Assembly: GCF_000478275.1 (NCBI RefSeq)
Contig: NZ_ASJB01000062.1
Coordinates: 56,344 to 96,343, forward strand
Origin: Amycolatopsis orientalis DSM 40040 = KCTC 9412
GTDB taxonomy: Bacteria; Actinomycetota; Actinomycetes; Mycobacteriales; Pseudonocardiaceae
Direction of reading: 5' to 3'
DNA: 40,000 nt
Shown piece by piece: positions 37,543 through 40,000 of this stretch. How positions within the stretch are numbered: position 1 is the first letter of the stretch; each line of letters opens with the position of its first letter. A model generated the notes under the pieces. It saw only the letters and a list, made by a program, of their open reading frames with translations, was not told the DNA's origin and searched no databases. The position numbers were made by a program, and so were the translations under genes.

Positions 37543-37635
37543 GCGGGTTCCGATGCCGCCCTCCTCGAGCCGAATCGAGACGGGATCGTCGAATTCGAAC
37601 CCGAATTGGACGACGTACTTCAGGCCCTTCGCTGA
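37543..37635 (+). pseudogene. relic of an NRPS-1 3' terminus (diverged duplicate of 36881-36958), ending with its own TGA 15 nt before the NRPS-2 ATG
   Basis: Translation AGSDAALLEPNRDGIVEFEPELDDVLQALR* versus the live tail [25 protein letters not shown]. By hand count, 52 of 69 nt are identical over 36881-36949 versus 37543-37611. GAGGGAG RBS at 37638-37644. Confidence 0.6.
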
Positions 37636-37650
37636 TTGAGGGAGATATCG

Positions 37651-40000
37651 ATGAACCAGTCGCGGATTGAGGAAATCTGGCCGCTGTCGCCATTGCAGGC
37701 CGGGTTGCTCTTCCACGCGGTTTACGACGGCGAAGGGCCCGACGTCTACATAGGACACTGGATCCTGGACCTGACCGGGCCGGTGGACGCGCCCAGGCTG
37801 CGCGCGGCCTGGGAGACGCTGCTCGCGCGGCACGCCCCGCTCCGGGCCTGCTTCCGGCAGCGCAAATCGGGTGAGACGGTGCAGATCATCGCCCGGCAGG
37901 TCGACCTGCCGTGGCGGGAGATCGACCTTTCCCACCTCGACGACCCCGAGAAGGCCGTGCGGGAGCTGGCCGAAGAGGACCGGACGACGAGGTTCGACCT
38001 CGCGCAGGCGCCGTTGCTGCGGCTGACTTTCCTCCGTCTCGGCGACGACACGTACCGCCTGGTGGTGACCTGCCACCACACGATCATGGACGGCTGGTCG
38101 CTGCCCATCGTGCTGGACGAGATGTCGAAGCTGTACGCGGCAGACGGCGAATCGCCGGGCCTGCCGGAAGTGACGTCCTATCGCGACTATCTCGCGTGGC
38201 TGGGCAGGCAGGACAAGGAGAAGTCGCTCGCCGCCTGGGCGGAACGCCTGCGCGGAGTCGACGAGCCGACGCTGGTGGTGCCCGCCGATCCGGGCCGTGC
38301 GCCCGCCGAACCGGAGAGCGTCGAGGTCGGGCTGCCGGAGAACCTCACGCGATCGCTGGGCGAACTCGCCCGCGCTCACGGGCTGACGCTGAACACGGTG
38401 GTGCAGGGCGCGTGGGCGCTGGTGCTGGCGCAGCTCGCGGGCCGGACCGACGTGGTGTTCGGCGCGGCGGTCTCGGCGCGCCCGCCGGATCTGCCCGGCG
38501 TGGAAGGCATGGTCGGGTTGTTCCTCAACACCGTTCCCGTGCGCGTGCGCCTGTCCGGCGCGACGCCGGTCGTCGAGCTGCTGACGGAAGTGCAGCGACG
38601 GCAGTCGGCGCTCATCCCCGACCAGTACGTGGGGCTGGCGGACATCCAGCAGGCCGTCGGTCCCGGCGCGGTCTTCGACACGTTGATCGTCTTCGAGAAG
38701 TTCCACCACGATTCCGGCGAACTGGGTTCCGCGGACACCTTCGGCATCCAGGTCCATCAGGGCCGGGTCGCCGCCCACTATCCGCTGACGCTGGTCGCCG
38801 TCCCCGGCGAGTCGATGTACTTCAAGCTGGACTACCTGACGGAGTTCTTCGACCGGGACGCCGCGCTCGCCATCGCCGAACGCTTCACCGGCGTGCTGCG
38901 TCAGCTGACGCGTGCGGGCGACCTCACGGTGGCCGACGTCGAGGTGGCGAGCGCGGCCGAGCGTGCCTTGGTGGTCGACGCGTGGGGCGTGACGTCGCAG
39001 GCGGCGCCGGGCGTGCCCGCGCTGGATCTGTTCGACAGCCAGGTAAAGCGCCGGAGTGACGAGGTGGCGGTCGTCGACGGCGATCGGACGCTGACCTACG
39101 GAGAACTCGCCGGGCAGGCCGAGCGGCTCGCCGGATATCTGCACGACCGGGGAGTGCGGCGCGGGGACCGGGTGGCCGTGGTGCTGGACCGCTCACCCGA
39201 GCTGATCGCGACCCTGCTCGCGGTGTGGAAGGCGGGCGCGGCCTACGTGCCGGTGGATCCCGCCTATCCGGTGGACCGCGTGCAGTTCATGCTGGCGGAT
39301 TCCGCGCCCGCGGCGGTGGTGTGCGCGGAGCGGTACCGGGACGCCGTGCTGGACACCGGCCTCGCCCCGGTCATCCTGGACGATCCGCGTACGCGGCGGG
39401 AGGTGGCGGACTCCGCTCGCCTGTCGGCCGTCACGAGTGCCGACGACCTCGCGTACGTGATGTACACGTCTGGTTCGACGGGGACGCCGAAGGGCGTCGC
39501 CGTGTCGCACGCCAACGTCGCGGCGCTGGCCGGTGAACCGGGATGGCGGGTGGGTCCCGGCGATGCCGTGCTGCTGCATGCCTCGCACGCCTTCGACATC
39601 TCGCTGTTCGAGCTGTGGGTGCCGCTGCTGTCGGGCGCCAGGGTGGTGCTGGCCGGATCGGGTGCGGTGGACGGCGCGGCGCTGGCCGCCCATGTGGCCG
39701 CCGGTGTCACGGCCGCCCACCTGACCGCGGGGGCCTTCCGGGTACTGGCCGACGAGTCGCCGGAATCCGTCGCCGGGCTGCGCGAGGTGCTGACCGGTGG
39801 CGACGCGGTGCCGCTCGCGGCGGTGGAACGCGTCCGCCGGGTGTGCCCGGACGTGCGGGTGCGTCATCTCTACGGCCCGACCGAGGCCACGCTGTGCGCG
39901 ACGTGGTGGCTGCTCGAACCCGGTGACGAGACGGGCGCGGTACTGCCGATCGGCCGTCCGCTCGCGGGGCGGCGGGTCTACGTCCTCGACGCGTTCCTGC
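37651..40000 (+). CDS. bpsB: glycopeptide NRPS 2 (BpsB/CepB-like), 5' part: C domain + partial A domain of module 4, continues beyond the window
   Basis: Not in the ORF track because it has no stop codon in the window. Own translation from ATG 37651: MNQSRIEEIWPLSPLQAGLLFHAVYDGEGPDVY...CHHTIMDGWS (HH motif 38074-38094). A3 core [11 protein letters not shown] at 39463-39495. Hand-read code DIFHLGLLCK (Hpg). Confidence 0.9.
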   Translation, partial: MNQSRIEEIWPLSPLQAGLLFHAVYDGEGPDVYIGHWILDLTGPVDAPRLRAAWETLLARHAPLRACFRQRKSGETVQIIARQVDLPWREIDLSHLDDPEKAVRELAEEDRTTRFDLAQAPLLRLTFLRLGDDTYRLVVTCHHTIMDGWSLPIVLDEMSKLYAADGESPGLPEVTSYRDYLAWLGRQDKEKSLAAWAERLRGVDEPTLVVPADPGRAPAEPESVEVGLPENLTRSLGELARAHGLTLNTVVQGAWALVLAQLAGRTDVVFGAAVSARPPDLPGVEGMVGLFLNTVPVRVRLSGATPVVELLTEVQRRQSALIPDQYVGLADIQQAVGPGAVFDTLIVFEKFHHDSGELGSADTFGIQVHQGRVAAHYPLTLVAVPGESMYFKLDYLTEFFDRDAALAIAERFTGVLRQLTRAGDLTVADVEVASAAERALVVDAWGVTSQAAPGVPALDLFDSQVKRRSDEVAVVDGDRTLTYGELAGQAERLAGYLHDRGVRRGDRVAVVLDRSPELIATLLAVWKAGAAYVPVDPAYPVDRVQFMLADSAPAAVVCAERYRDAVLDTGLAPVILDDPRTRREVADSARLSAVTSADDLAYVMYTSGSTGTPKGVAVSHANVAALAGEPGWRVGPGDAVLLHASHAFDISLFELWVPLLSGARVVLAGSGAVDGAALAAHVAAGVTAAHLTAGAFRVLADESPESVAGLREVLTGGDAVPLAAVERVRRVCPDVRVRHLYGPTEATLCATWWLLEPGDETGAVLPIGRPLAGRRVYVLDAFL

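Noticed and set aside
37911-39059. 382-aa + strand ORF inside the second NRPS region.
   Set aside because: It is out of frame relative to the ATG-37651 frame, which encodes clean C- and A-domain motifs. Its translation is Arg/Gly/Ala-rich.

Overview
This is a very GC-rich actinomycete window, most likely Amycolatopsis or a related Pseudonocardiaceae by gene content. It covers the left border of a vancomycin/balhimycin/chloroeremomycin-type (type I) glycopeptide gene cluster. From about 18.8 kb onward it contains, all on the + strand: a vanH-vanA-vanX-vanY resistance cassette; a 1.27 kb apparently non-coding gap; a StrR/ParB-like pathway regulator (Bbr-like); prephenate dehydrogenase; an MsbA-type ABC exporter (Tba-like); a 3148-aa three-module NRPS; and the 5' part of the next NRPS. 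That second NRPS ORF (37651 to the window end) is open-ended and missing from the ORF track. By hand-read specificity codes the first NRPS is A-T / C-A-T-E / C-A-T with Leu, Tyr/beta-hydroxyTyr and Asn, and the second starts with C-A (Hpg). The left 18 kb is ordinary accessory content: a P450, a DrrAB-like ABC pair, a large AfsR/SARP regulator, a PEBP protein, an HTH-NBR1 membrane protein, a secreted M15 peptidase, two TetR units, PPOX and PDR-type oxidoreductases, a DUF1540 protein, a ricin-lectin secreted protein, an AraC regulator and an orphan 450-aa protein. The most unusual signal is not a gene. It is a set of hairpin-forming interspersed repeats. These comprise 50-62 bp near-perfect palindromes, hairpins with unrelated stems but a shared 15-nt loop, and a 77-bp element with one left arm and two right arms. 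They occur in intergenic spots at about 6.9-7.4 kb, 12.25 kb and 21.5 kb. Most strikingly, a 521-bp block of them sits between the two NRPS genes. There the repeat supplies the stop codon of the first NRPS and is followed by a diverged, in-frame relic of that gene's 3' end, directly upstream of the RBS and ATG of the second NRPS. Two perfect GTCCAA-N17-TTGGAC inverted repeats (StrR/Bbr-type boxes) lie upstream of the regulator gene and of the exporter-NRPS operon. Many long ORFs in the track are antisense or off-frame artefacts of high GC and were rejected.
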